DNA of 64,000 nucleotides from a virus (taxonomy: Duplodnaviria; Caudoviricetes): the IMG/VR virus record IMGVR_UViG_3300021387_000682, positions 23,579 through 87,578 of that record. One strand, 5' to 3'. The number at the start of each line of letters is the position of its first letter. Positions within the stretch are counted from its first letter, which is position 1. The translations under genes and the position numbers were made by a program. Positions 51,393 through 60,639 of the stretch are shown piece after piece. Under the pieces are notes generated by a model. That model saw nothing but the letters and a program-made list of their open reading frames with translations, was not told the DNA's origin and ran no database searches.

Positions 51393-53885
51393 TTACTTCT
51401 CTCCGACAGTCTTGTTTTTCAACGCTGTCTTCGCTTTTAATTCTTCTCTCTTATAAGCTTCTTCGTCTTTCATCTTCTGAAGCTTTATCTGTGAATTAAG
51501 TTTCTCTTTCTCAAGTTCTATCTTAGCAGTATCTGTTGCTAACTTAGCTGCAGCCTTAAGTCTTTCAGTTTCAGCCTTAAGCTCCATCTCCCTATCCTTA
51601 AGGGATCTTTCGTATTCTGCAGTTGTTTCTGCCTCAGTCTGCTGTCTATTTGCTAATGCAAGCTTTCCTATTTCTATAGGATCTGGAGTACCATTGAGAT
51701 CCTGGTCAAGCTCTCTAACTCCTCTATAAGCACTAAGCTCTGCAACATATATGTCAGTCTCAGCCTCAACGTCAATCTTGTACTTCTGAAGTTCAAGCTC
51801 TTGCTGCTTAAATGCATTCTCCTGCTCTCTGTATTGATTCTCAAGCTGGATCTTCTGCATCTCCATTTCTTGCTGCTGCTGCTGTGCCTCCTGAGCCTGC
51901 TGCATTCTCTTCTCTTCGATCTTAGCAAGCTTCTCTTTTATTGCATTAGTATTATCTAATGTTATTACTTCCATTACATCAAGGAGGGTTGCTCCGTTCT
52001 GCATAGCTGGCTGTAATAACTGCTTCATTGCGTCTATATTCTGCAGCTCCTTAGTATCATCACCTACGAATATATCGAAGTCTTCATAAAGGAATTCATC
52101 TGATATATCCATGAATACTCTCTGCATATCATCTGTAATGAAGTGGAGCTTCTTCTTACCGCTTAATGCCCAAGCTGATTTAGCTGTATCTATAAGCATC
52201 TTAATAGCTCTCTTCTTGCATTCTCTATGCATATGGAATATAGGCTCTGTGGCTAATACAGATTGGTTTACAGATCTTTCTACAGATCCAACCAACTCTC
52301 TATTTTGTATCATACCCTCAGCCTGTGGTGTAATACCTGTAATAGTAGCTGCAAGTCTTTCTATCTCCTGTAGTAACTGTATATATGATCCTACAGTATT
52401 TGTGAATGAAAGGTTAGCTACGCTAAACTGATTATATGCAGCTGCATGGCCACCTCTATGTACATCCTCGCCTTCCTCATATGGATTGAAGAAGTTTACA
52501 CCAAGAGATGATAAGTAGTGGATCCATGCCTCTCTACCTATCTGTTTAGGTATCTGAGTTATATCCATATTCAACACCTGGCCCTTATCTCTTGCTAATG
52601 CAAGCTCTATACGATACCATATGATTATATATAAGTATTGTAATGGCTTAAGTATTGATACTATAGATTTAGGATTACTGTTAGTATTTGAGTATATAAC
52701 TCCAGTATACGGAAGCTTCTGTGAGTTAGGGTTATCTATAGATACATGCTGGTATTGCAATGGCTGGATGCCACAATACATATCAGCACCAATCTTATAT
52801 CCTTCCCATACCTCTATTATCCAGTCCCAGTCTAATGCCAATTCCTGACCTGTAACTGCATAATCCTCTGACACTATAGTCTCTTGAGGCTGTCCAGCTT
52901 CATCAAGGTATGTTAAGAAACCAACCTTCTTGAATGACTTCCATGTAACGTGGAATACATCAAGACAACCAGAGTTTGTATATTCATCGAAGTCTCCGAA
53001 TACCTGTGTCCAGTTGATATCTGTTGGATCCTTAGCTAATGTATTAAACTTATCATAACCATCATTTGCTAGTCTAAGTATCTTATCCAGGTCAGATGGC
53101 TTAAGCTTATCATACATTCTATCATATATCTCAGCAGGAGTCATACGCATCTTTCTTACAGCCCATGATCCATCCTCGATGAACTCGAGATCTGGTGACT
53201 GATCGAATGATATGTATAATGGATTTACTCGCTCCAATACAGGCTCACCATTGATTATACCAGTATAGTATATTTCTCTAGCAGCTATAAGAGCATCCTT
53301 AAAACCCTTATGGAACTCATGCTTTGTATTGTTCTTTTCTTTGAGGTAATTGTATGTTGCATATGCAACTGTTTCTGCTACATCCTTATAATCATTCTTC
53401 ATGTATTTAGCTATAGCATCAGGTGGCATAATCTCACCAGATTGTAACTGCTGCTGAAACTGCGCTTGCTGCTCTGGGCTAAGCTTAGATAAGAATAATT
53501 GCATTACATACTCCTCAAGAAGTTGTCTTTGCTTCTCTTGGTATTCACCAGCTGCGTCATCACCTGTTCTGTATATCTTTACAGTATCAGGTCTGCCGGC
53601 TTCATTACCAAGCAATGCATTTACCTTATTTCTGATTATATTGAAGTTCTGTATTCTAGCAGGAAAACCAGCATCTACACCATATGGAGATGTAACATGC
53701 TTGAGATCTTTCTCGTCGAATACACCATTGTAGAGATCGTAATTGGTTGCCATATCCTTGGCACCCTGCATATCTATGCCATACATACCCGATATGTAAT
53801 CAACGCACGCCTCCTTCCATTGCTTAGTCTTCTTAGACTGCGGAAGCTTTTGTGGTGGCATTGATGAATATATGTAATCTCTCAT
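51393..53885 (-). CDS. Portal protein
   Basis: 830 aa; PQKLPQSKKTKQWKEACVD, FPARIQNFNIIRNKV, LKPLQYLYIIIWYRIEL, ATITGITPQAEG motifs; after TerL. Confidence 0.92.
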   Translation of the reverse strand: MRDYIYSSMPPQKLPQSKKTKQWKEACVDYISGMYGIDMQGAKDMATNYDLYNGVFDEKDLKHVTSPYGVDAGFPARIQNFNIIRNKVNALLGNEAGRPDTVKIYRTGDDAAGEYQEKQRQLLEEYVMQLFLSKLSPEQQAQFQQQLQSGEIMPPDAIAKYMKNDYKDVAETVAYATYNYLKEKNNTKHEFHKGFKDALIAAREIYYTGIINGEPVLERVNPLYISFDQSPDLEFIEDGSWAVRKMRMTPAEIYDRMYDKLKPSDLDKILRLANDGYDKFNTLAKDPTDINWTQVFGDFDEYTNSGCLDVFHVTWKSFKKVGFLTYLDEAGQPQETIVSEDYAVTGQELALDWDWIIEVWEGYKIGADMYCGIQPLQYQHVSIDNPNSQKLPYTGVIYSNTNSNPKSIVSILKPLQYLYIIIWYRIELALARDKGQVLNMDITQIPKQIGREAWIHYLSSLGVNFFNPYEEGEDVHRGGHAAAYNQFSVANLSFTNTVGSYIQLLQEIERLAATITGITPQAEGMIQNRELVGSVERSVNQSVLATEPIFHMHRECKKRAIKMLIDTAKSAWALSGKKKLHFITDDMQRVFMDISDEFLYEDFDIFVGDDTKELQNIDAMKQLLQPAMQNGATLLDVMEVITLDNTNAIKEKLAKIEEKRMQQAQEAQQQQQEMEMQKIQLENQYREQENAFKQQELELQKYKIDVEAETDIYVAELSAYRGVRELDQDLNGTPDPIEIGKLALANRQQTEAETTAEYERSLKDREMELKAETERLKAAAKLATDTAKIELEKEKLNSQIKLQKMKDEEAYKREELKAKTALKNKTVGEK

Positions 53886-53889
53886 ATGA

Positions 53890-55965
53890 TTAGAAATTAG
53901 TTTTTATAAAATCGGCATGTACAACACTATCTGTGTTGTCTTTAAAGAAGTCGAATCCGAAGAACTGCTCCTTCTTACCTTCCTCCTTCCTTTCTTTTAC
54001 GGATACGTTATACATATCCTCTCTAAGTATTAAGCACATTATGAAAGCTATAACGCGGTCAAAGTTACCTGTATCGTTATAAGCTATAAGCTCTTCAAGT
54101 AATGGCTCTGATAGGATAGTAGTAAGCCTCTTAACTCCAGGGCTTATCTCCTCGTTTAACCATTCCTTGATGAGGCCTAATCCATACTCCTTAATAAACT
54201 TAGTCATGTGTATACCCTTACGCCTATTTACGTGGGTATCTTGTATGATATCATTTACGATGTCTGGTGTATCAACAAGTAGGTGTTCGCAATGTTTCTG
54301 TGTGAAGTAAACATGCAATCCCTTTCTTTCGTTCTCATACAACAGTCTTGCATTGTAATACTCTAGAAGTCTCCTACAATTCTCGTAATACTCTTCTGCC
54401 GTAGGCGGCCTTCCTGTGTATTCTGCAACTATAATATCGTAATATGATTCTATGTTATTAAAGCGCTTATATATGAAGAATGATCCTAATGATCCAGTTT
54501 GTGATACATCGTGGTCATATGGGTCACATCCTGCTATGTATAATCCAAATGGTGCTGCAGGATCTGGATGTTCCCATATTACTATAGAACCAGTCTTATC
54601 CTCGCCATCTGGTATATCGTATGTAAGTATATCACCAAACTTCTTCTGCCTCCATACTAGCTGTCCTGTTTCAGTTCTAACTAGATCACCAACCTGTTTG
54701 CTAGCCTGAAGTTTACTGTTTGTACGTATATTAGATAGATGCTCCATTAAGTCCTTCTTAGGGAATATATTACCCTTAAGATCAAGCATTGCTTCTCTAG
54801 GAGTTAATGGTCTTTCTGCAATATATCTATCTACAGCAGTTTGTGATGTTGACTTAGATATAAGGGCTTCTCTATCCTCAAGGATCTTCTGTCTTGATAT
54901 AATGTCGAATGTATTACCATCCTCATCCATGTATATTCTCTTACCGGTATGTCTATCAACGATATCCATATTTGTTGATTGCGGTATAAAGAATCCACAT
55001 GGTTTATCGCTTATTCCATCATCCCATATATTCTTAAAGCCTAAGCAGTTATATGCTGCAGGTTTATAGAACATATCTTTAAGGGTAGCAAAGTTAGAGT
55101 CTTTATCTCCTCCAGTACCATAAGCGATCATCAATCCAAATGCAACACCGTCATCTTCTACAGATGGTCTAGCAATCTGCCATGCTGCACCTAACTCCTT
55201 GAATGATCCAGCCTCCTCAAATAATATAAGCTTAGCTTTCTTACCACGAACTACATCAGGGTTATTATTAAGCGTTACGCCTATAATCTCAGATTTGAAT
55301 CCAGCCTCAACCTCATTTCCGTATTGATCTTTAGTAAAGAATCCTGCACGTCTATGAAGCTCCTTATTGATGGATCTTTTCTTTCCCCAAGCTGTATGTT
55401 CGTCTATGAATGACATGTAATCCCATGCCTTGGTCAACACACCATCACCAGTAAGGTATTCCTTCTTAGAGGCGTATATATACGTCTTTGAGTTAGGTAT
55501 GAAGTAAAAGTTTCTACAGGCCATAGATGCAGCCTTGTATGAATAACCCTTACGCCTACTCTTCAGTACGCATAAATGCTTACCTAAGTCTTCAGCCTCT
55601 TCTATAGCTGAGTAGTAGTATGCATCATAGTCGTAGAAGTTTGGGAACGTCAAATCCTGAGTTCTCTTTACGATTACCTCACCGTTAGGCAGTGTTGTTA
55701 TCTTATTTACATTTCGTTGTATTGGACAGTAGTTTAAGTAGAAGTAGAAGTATCCTGATATGTAATCACCATCTTCAGCGGTATAACCATTGACACACCT
55801 ATCTGTCTCTTCATCCCAATACTTCTTGAAATCACTGCTCCCATATGGAGCGCTTGTGTAATATCCGTGTTCTGTAAAGTATATAGCTGCCTGCCTAAAC
55901 TTGTCGGTATTCTTGTATTTCCGCTTGAAATCTACAGTGGAAATACCTGTATTATTTTCAACCAT
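53890..55965 (-). CDS. terL: Terminase large subunit
   Basis: 691 aa; Walker A-like LKSRRKGYSY, Walker B ILFEEAG, YGTGG coupling motif, nuclease YIAGCDPYDHD and GNFDRVIA. Confidence 0.95.
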   Translation of the reverse strand: MVENNTGISTVDFKRKYKNTDKFRQAAIYFTEHGYYTSAPYGSSDFKKYWDEETDRCVNGYTAEDGDYISGYFYFYLNYCPIQRNVNKITTLPNGEVIVKRTQDLTFPNFYDYDAYYYSAIEEAEDLGKHLCVLKSRRKGYSYKAASMACRNFYFIPNSKTYIYASKKEYLTGDGVLTKAWDYMSFIDEHTAWGKKRSINKELHRRAGFFTKDQYGNEVEAGFKSEIIGVTLNNNPDVVRGKKAKLILFEEAGSFKELGAAWQIARPSVEDDGVAFGLMIAYGTGGDKDSNFATLKDMFYKPAAYNCLGFKNIWDDGISDKPCGFFIPQSTNMDIVDRHTGKRIYMDEDGNTFDIISRQKILEDREALISKSTSQTAVDRYIAERPLTPREAMLDLKGNIFPKKDLMEHLSNIRTNSKLQASKQVGDLVRTETGQLVWRQKKFGDILTYDIPDGEDKTGSIVIWEHPDPAAPFGLYIAGCDPYDHDVSQTGSLGSFFIYKRFNNIESYYDIIVAEYTGRPPTAEEYYENCRRLLEYYNARLLYENERKGLHVYFTQKHCEHLLVDTPDIVNDIIQDTHVNRRKGIHMTKFIKEYGLGLIKEWLNEEISPGVKRLTTILSEPLLEELIAYNDTGNFDRVIAFIMCLILREDMYNVSVKERKEEGKKEQFFGFDFFKDNTDSVVHADFIKTNF

Positions 55966-55980
55966 AGTCTAAAAACAGAC

Positions 55981-56010
55981 AAACCCATGCCAACTTAATG
56001 ACACGGGTTT
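55981..56010 (-). promoter_or_regulatory. 12-bp hairpin (TTAAGT loop) 15 nt upstream of the terL start
   Basis: Minus strand AAACCCGTGTCA-TTAAGT-TGGCATGGGTTT, then GTCTGTTTTTAGACT-ATG. Confidence 0.6.
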
Positions 56011-56028
56011 ATTATGAGTTTGTAATTA

Positions 56029-56211
56029 TTAACCTAGCATGTTCTTAAAGAATTCGCACAACTTCTCGAAGAATGACTTCTTCTTCTCTGGTACCTGAAC
56101 AACTACATTCTTAGGTCTACCAACCTTCTTCTTTGTAGTCTTCTTTGCTGCGGTCTTCTTAACCTGCTTGTTGTTTGGCTGCTCAAAGCCAATCTGTTTT
56201 ACCTTCTTCAT
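56029..56211 (-). CDS. Small Lys-rich protein with GRP motif and C-terminal amphipathic helix
   Basis: ATG at 56211 with A/T-rich leader gives 60 aa (MKKVKQIG...KKVGRPK...SFFEKLCEFFKNMLG). The track's upstream start overlaps the previous gene. Confidence 0.65.
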   Translation of the reverse strand: MKKVKQIGFEQPNNKQVKKTAAKKTTKKKVGRPKNVVVQVPEKKKSFFEKLCEFFKNMLG

Positions 56212-56236
56212 AATATATATTATTGTTAAACAAATT

Positions 56237-56785
56237 CTAACTAGCAGGCTGCTCATACATTCCGATTTCAGATTTACCTCTTACTTTCTTCGTTGATGTT
56301 GTCTGCTCCTTCTGAACCGCTTCCCTTGCTGCCTCCAATGTCTTTAAAGCTTTGTCGATCTTCTCCATCCACTTCAAAACATCATCTGCTGTAACAAGAG
56401 GCTTACCTGATCTATCTACTTCTCCTCGTTTGTCCTTAAGAGCTTTAAACTCACTAATAACAAACTCTGCTCCCTCTTCAGCTGCATCAAGCAATCTGGT
56501 TGATGGTGTTGATGAGAATCTCTTGAATTCATCTATAAGATCATACTTAGGATCAACCTTAAAGTTCTCATCTCCGAACACATCCTTCTTGATCATGCTG
56601 TCACGAATCTCTTCATCGTAAGCCTTATACGGTGAGTTGAAGTATGTCTTGTAAATTGCATATGATGCATATTTGAAGAACATCTTATCATCTTTAAGTT
56701 CATCGTATACTTGCTTAACCTTTGGGATTCCGTAGATTATATTGTCAAGTATTATACTAAAATTCTGTATATCAAAAAACTTCAT
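56237..56785 (-). CDS. Conserved Crassvirales protein, candidate terminase small subunit
   Basis: 182 aa; FNSPY...TPSTRLLDAA...C-terminal VRGKSEIGMYE; located upstream of terL. The TerS role is inferred from position. Confidence 0.55.
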   Translation of the reverse strand: MKFFDIQNFSIILDNIIYGIPKVKQVYDELKDDKMFFKYASYAIYKTYFNSPYKAYDEEIRDSMIKKDVFGDENFKVDPKYDLIDEFKRFSSTPSTRLLDAAEEGAEFVISEFKALKDKRGEVDRSGKPLVTADDVLKWMEKIDKALKTLEAAREAVQKEQTTSTKKVRGKSEIGMYEQPAS

Positions 56786-56797
56786 ATTCTAAGTAAA

Positions 56798-56896
56798 GTA
56801 CGAGGCCGGGAGGCAAAACACAAAAGTGAAAAATCCTCCCAGCTGCCAGATCTTGGACTCGTACATAAACCTTGTAACTACCATTTATAGTAGTTA
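56798..56896 (-). promoter_or_regulatory. Structured intergenic element (three-way junction plus hairpin)
   Basis: GTACGAG/CTCGTAC closes CCA-AGATC-TGG and GCTGGGAGG/CCTCCCGGC stems; separate TAACTAC/GTAGTTA hairpin at 56875-56896. Confidence 0.5.
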
Positions 56897-56910
56897 TGTG
56901 TTATCGTTTG

Positions 56911-57393
56911 TTAATTAACCCCGAAAAATTTAGGAAGAAACTTATCTGGTAGCATCTCCTTTGGGTTCATTATTGTGACCCAAACCCCAGGGTTTTCTTT
57001 GTCTACAGAATACCATCGTCCGTCATACTTAAGTGGCATTGGTATTACATGATCCATATCATCATCTTCTATTACATCAAAAGCGATAAGTAGATCAAGT
57101 ATTATCTGACACATGTTATGGAAATCAAATTTATGCTTCGTTCCTCTTACGAAATGAAATCCAATTACCATTGGCTCATCTGGTTTTGCATAACTAAACA
57201 TCTCTTTAAGATCCATAGTAGGGAATAAGCATGACTTCTTCTTATAGAACTTTACTTCCCTCTTTGCTGGATTGAATCCCATTATACCAAGATCTGTAAG
57301 ATACTTCTTGACTGTCTTGGAATGGAACACCCCATTCTTTGTTGCGATCTTTGAGTTCTTTGACGATGGTGTGTTAAATGGTATGAATATCAT
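56911..57393 (-). CDS. rusA: RusA-like Holliday junction resolvase
   Basis: 160 aa; PSSKNSK...FDFHNMCQIILDLL...IEDDD...DKENPGV, a variant of the RusA DxDNxxKxxxDxL...DD motif. Confidence 0.7.
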   Translation of the reverse strand: MIFIPFNTPSSKNSKIATKNGVFHSKTVKKYLTDLGIMGFNPAKREVKFYKKKSCLFPTMDLKEMFSYAKPDEPMVIGFHFVRGTKHKFDFHNMCQIILDLLIAFDVIEDDDMDHVIPMPLKYDGRWYSVDKENPGVWVTIMNPKEMLPDKFLPKFFGVN

Positions 57394-57878
57394 TACTTGC
57401 CTGTTGATCCATAACCTCCGGTACCTCTCTCTGTAACACTAAGCTTATCTACAAGCTTAATCTTAGATACCTGAGCTATAGGAACTATTACTAACTGACC
57501 AACCCTCTCTCCAACCTGATAGAACTCATCCTTGTTGTCTTTGAACAAGAACCAGAAAAGCTTGCTGGCCATGTATCTTGTGATGCCCTTCCATCCGGTC
57601 ATTCTGTATACTACCGATATATCTCCTCTGTAATCTGAATCTATAACACCGACACAGTTTGACTGAATGAGACCCTTCTTGCATATTGAGCTTCTGGAGA
57701 ACAGGAGACCTACGTATCCTTTTGGGATCTCTACGGCCAATCCTGTCTTGTACTTAACAAGTCCTTCCTTGTAGTCTATAGTTCTACTTACTGCATACAG
57801 ATCAGCTCCAGCTGCTCCCTTGGTTGCAATTAGGGGCTCCTTGGCCCCCTCTCGCAATATCTTAGCTTTAAGAATCAT
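57393..57878 (-). CDS. dut: Trimeric dUTPase
   Basis: All five motifs present: AGADLYA, SRSS, GVIDSDYRG, ERVGQLV, RGTGGYGSTG. Confidence 0.95.
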   Translation of the reverse strand: MILKAKILREGAKEPLIATKGAAGADLYAVSRTIDYKEGLVKYKTGLAVEIPKGYVGLLFSRSSICKKGLIQSNCVGVIDSDYRGDISVVYRMTGWKGITRYMASKLFWFLFKDNKDEFYQVGERVGQLVIVPIAQVSKIKLVDKLSVTERGTGGYGSTGK

Positions 57879-57879
57879 A

Positions 57880-58392
57880 TTACTTAGACTCTGTTTCTAC
57901 AACCTCTGGCTCCAAAACCTCTGCCGCTGGAGCTTCACTAGTCTCAGCATCATCCTTAGCCTCAGTCTTAGGCTCATCAAATGTAAGCTCAATATCCTCT
58001 GCCTTTACTATAGAGAGGACAGCAAAGATTCCACCAGCCTTCTCTGAATCCTTGTCAGCCTTCTCGTCATGAGCTCTAATGATTGCAGGAGCTGCATTTG
58101 TTGTAAGCTTAAATGGGATAAAGATATCAGTCTCAATACCTGGTCTAACGATCATTGGTGATACAGCTGAGATCAATGACGAACCTGCTGTCTCTACAGA
58201 TGGAGCAAGGATTCCATAGTAACCCTCTGGTATTGTAACCTTCCATCCTGAGTGGATATCTATAACATCAGTCTTATCGACAATCTGCTCTCTATTAATC
58301 AGCTCAGCTCTAAAGTACAGAATACCGTTAGAACCTTTTGCAAACTCCGGCTTCTGTGCCGTCTCAATTACCTTTTTCAGTGTTACGTTCAT
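57880..58392 (-). CDS. Degenerate dUTPase-fold paralogue
   Basis: 170 aa; keeps the scaffold (AQKPEFA, IHSGWKVTIPEGYYGIL) but catalytic motifs are absent; acidic tail. Confidence 0.6.
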   Translation of the reverse strand: MNVTLKKVIETAQKPEFAKGSNGILYFRAELINREQIVDKTDVIDIHSGWKVTIPEGYYGILAPSVETAGSSLISAVSPMIVRPGIETDIFIPFKLTTNAAPAIIRAHDEKADKDSEKAGGIFAVLSIVKAEDIELTFDEPKTEAKDDAETSEAPAAEVLEPEVVETESK

Positions 58393-58648
58393 TGCTTAAT
58401 TTCTTATAACGTTCGTAATCTTGTTTTCTAATGAATAACCTATCGTATTCAGATATCTTTAATCTATCTGTAGACTTACTAGGTTTTCTCCTGAGATGAC
58501 CAAGTGGGCCTACTGATATGTTGAATTCGGTCCCACTTAATGCCATGCTCTTTATGTAGTCAGAATGTAATTTTATTACTTCTGCAACCTTATCTCGCGG
58601 AATCGCAAGCTTCTCCGCAACAATCGTTGATAGCCCTCTTTTTCTCAC
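58364..58648 (-). CDS. HU/IHF-like small basic DNA-binding protein
   Basis: 94 aa, GTG start; LSTIVAEKLAIPRDKVAEVI...ISVGPLGHL matches the HU helix-helix-strand pattern. Confidence 0.65.
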   Translation of the reverse strand: MRKRGLSTIVAEKLAIPRDKVAEVIKLHSDYIKSMALSGTEFNISVGPLGHLRRKPSKSTDRLKISEYDRLFIRKQDYERYKKLSNERNTEKGN

Positions 58649-59279
58649 CTTCTATAGCTCTCTTTTTGTCATCATGAAACGCTCTCAATATCCAACTAAG
58701 ATTTGCTATCGTATCATTTATACGTCTCTCAACCTCGAAACCCTCTTGATTGTCAAAGCCTCTGCCAAGGAATCTCTTTCTTAATGAGAGATCGTAACAC
58801 TCAAGCGTACTGCGGAATGTGGTCATCATGCCAACGATCTCCTCCTTAAGCTCATCGTAATTAAGCTTATCTGCATGGTCAATTATGAGATCAAAATCAG
58901 TCTTATCGAATGTAGCTTCATCTGGCGTATCACTATCCTCAGGCTTATCAGTATCAACCTCTGGCTTATCCTCTGGTTTATTAGTATCTTCCTGGCTAGC
59001 CTCAGTGTCATCTTCAACCTTATCGAGTATACCCTTCTTAATCAGACATGTGAAGTGATCTGCGTTGTCAAGAACAAAATCTGGGTCTACGCCAAAAGCG
59101 ATAATACTAGTAGTTTCAGTTCCATCCTCGTCCTCTGAGTATGACTCACTTCTGTATATGAACAGATTTGAATTCATATCATATGTAAGCTTATCCCCCT
59201 TCTCAAACTGATACTGTCCATAAGCGATAGGCTTAGATACTTCAATAATCAACGCTGCGTCTACGTTATTTCTTTTCAT
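58590..59279 (-). CDS. Hypothetical acidic protein
   Basis: 229 aa ORF in a tightly packed operon with an internal D/E/P-rich linker. Confidence 0.7.
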   Translation of the reverse strand: MKRNNVDAALIIEVSKPIAYGQYQFEKGDKLTYDMNSNLFIYRSESYSEDEDGTETTSIIAFGVDPDFVLDNADHFTCLIKKGILDKVEDDTEASQEDTNKPEDKPEVDTDKPEDSDTPDEATFDKTDFDLIIDHADKLNYDELKEEIVGMMTTFRSTLECYDLSLRKRFLGRGFDNQEGFEVERRINDTIANLSWILRAFHDDKKRAIEGEKKRAINDCCGEACDSAR

Positions 59280-59736
59280 ATTCTCTTTTAATTAAGCTTT
59301 CTGTTATTGCCATGTTGGTTCCAGCTACGGTGGATGCATAGTGATCTACCAACATGTTGTATGGGTCTTCATGGTGACCCTTGGTCCATTTTATCTTTAC
59401 ATTCATTGAGCAAAGCAATCCGTATAATCTAACCCATAGGTCTATATTCTTCTTGCCTGCAAATGAAGAATCAATCCACTTATCAAGCCATCCATTGTTA
59501 ATGGTATTCTCTACGTACTTGGAATCTGTAATGATAGTCACATCCTTATAGCCCAATGATTGAGCTTTAAGTAATCCGTTTATCACTGCAGTCATTTCCA
59601 TCCTGTTGTTTGTTGTATTCTCTACAGCCCCATAGGATAGTAGCATATTGCCATTAGCTATAGACATCAAGAATGCCCAACCTCCATTACCAGGATTGCT
59701 TTTACATGAACCATCTGTATAGATGACTGCGTTCAT
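59266..59736 (-). CDS. rnhA: Ribonuclease HI
   Basis: IYTDGSC..NPGNGGW, TTNNRMEMTA, ITDSKYV, KNIDLW, WTKGH, DHYA. Confidence 0.95.
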   Translation of the reverse strand: MNAVIYTDGSCKSNPGNGGWAFLMSIANGNMLLSYGAVENTTNNRMEMTAVINGLLKAQSLGYKDVTIITDSKYVENTINNGWLDKWIDSSFAGKKNIDLWVRLYGLLCSMNVKIKWTKGHHEDPYNMLVDHYASTVAGTNMAITESLIKREYEKK

Positions 59737-59737
59737 A

Positions 59738-60148
59738 TTACTTCTTTACTTCGTTATATCTAGCAACCACATTGTATGGGTTCACAAATACAGCATCCTT
59801 AAGCTGGTCGAATGGTATAGCGCTACTATTTGGATAGAGGATTATATCACCAACCTTAAGCTGCATCTGCTTATCATTCTCTACATCATGGTTATATGGT
59901 GTCTTAAGGATAATGCCCTTTCTGTATGTGGAATCAACCTTCTTTACTACTGTCTCAGTCTTAGAGTAAGTAGGGACTCCGTTCTCATCCTTGATTATCT
60001 TACCATCTGCATCCTTGTCAAATACAGGCTCCTCCTGCTTGATTGTAACCTTAATTGGCTTCAATGGCTTTACGAGCAGTCTATCTCTGAACTCCATCTG
60101 CAGCTTGTCGTTGATAATCTTAATCATTTTAGCGTCTACTTCAGTCAT
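59738..60148 (-). CDS. groES: GroES-like co-chaperonin with extended mobile loop
   Basis: DRLLVKP...RKGIILK...LKVGDIILY...VFVNPYNVVAR, the GroES pattern. Confidence 0.7.
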   Translation of the reverse strand: MTEVDAKMIKIINDKLQMEFRDRLLVKPLKPIKVTIKQEEPVFDKDADGKIIKDENGVPTYSKTETVVKKVDSTYRKGIILKTPYNHDVENDKQMQLKVGDIILYPNSSAIPFDQLKDAVFVNPYNVVARYNEVKK

Positions 60149-60638
60149 ACTTAATGTTTTTAAAGTTAATTTCTTTTATTGCATCCACAACAGCCCATCT
60201 ATAGGTTGTGTAGGTTTTTAATACATTCTTCATGTCTATCCTTCTGGATCTCCACGAAGAGGCTTTCTTTTTCTGTTTATCTATATAAGCATCCTCTTTA
60301 GCTTTAATGTCACAGGGTAATAAGTCTTGCAAGAGATTGTATGCATAGTCTACACACGGTTTATATCTGTCTAATAGTCTATATAGCTCTCTTTCTAGCT
60401 TATTCTCTCTGAAATCTGTTAAATACAGGTCTACTTTTTGTAGATCATCTAATCTCTCTCTGTACTCCTCCAGACTAGGCTGCCTATATTGATTATACCA
60501 TGTTGGATGATCTCTAGCTAGTTCTAAGCATTTGATCTTGAATTCATGGTATAGTATCTCAAAGTCATCATCTGTTTGGCCTATTTTGATCGAAGGAGCA
60601 CCATAAAAGGTTACGTTCTTCATGTAGTTTATCTTCAA
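60141..60638 (-). CDS. Hypothetical protein, first gene of the minus-strand block
   Basis: 165 aa, ATG start, overlaps the GroES-like start. Confidence 0.65.
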   Translation of the reverse strand: MKINYMKNVTFYGAPSIKIGQTDDDFEILYHEFKIKCLELARDHPTWYNQYRQPSLEEYRERLDDLQKVDLYLTDFRENKLERELYRLLDRYKPCVDYAYNLLQDLLPCDIKAKEDAYIDKQKKKASSWRSRRIDMKNVLKTYTTYRWAVVDAIKEINFKNIKYD

Positions 60639-60639
60639 T

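Noticed and set aside
46194-53885. Codon usage differs between the capsid block (AAG/TTC/AAC-rich) and the RNAP block (AAA/TTT-rich), suggesting horizontal transfer
   Set aside because: More simply explained by selection for high expression of abundant capsid proteins, and synteny is standard. Not quantified.
48771-55965. Inteins or self-splicing introns in terL, portal or MCP (common in crAss-like phages)
   Set aside because: ORFs are continuous and of ordinary length, with no Hint (C...HN-C/S/T) or LAGLIDADG/HNH motifs seen.
3918-60221. Many plus-strand ORFs in the track (e.g. 11589-12491, 13284-14042, 35180-35683, 41474-42028, 46281-46886)
   Set aside because: They are antisense shadows of long minus-strand genes: Ser/Leu/Ile-rich composition, no motifs, fully nested.
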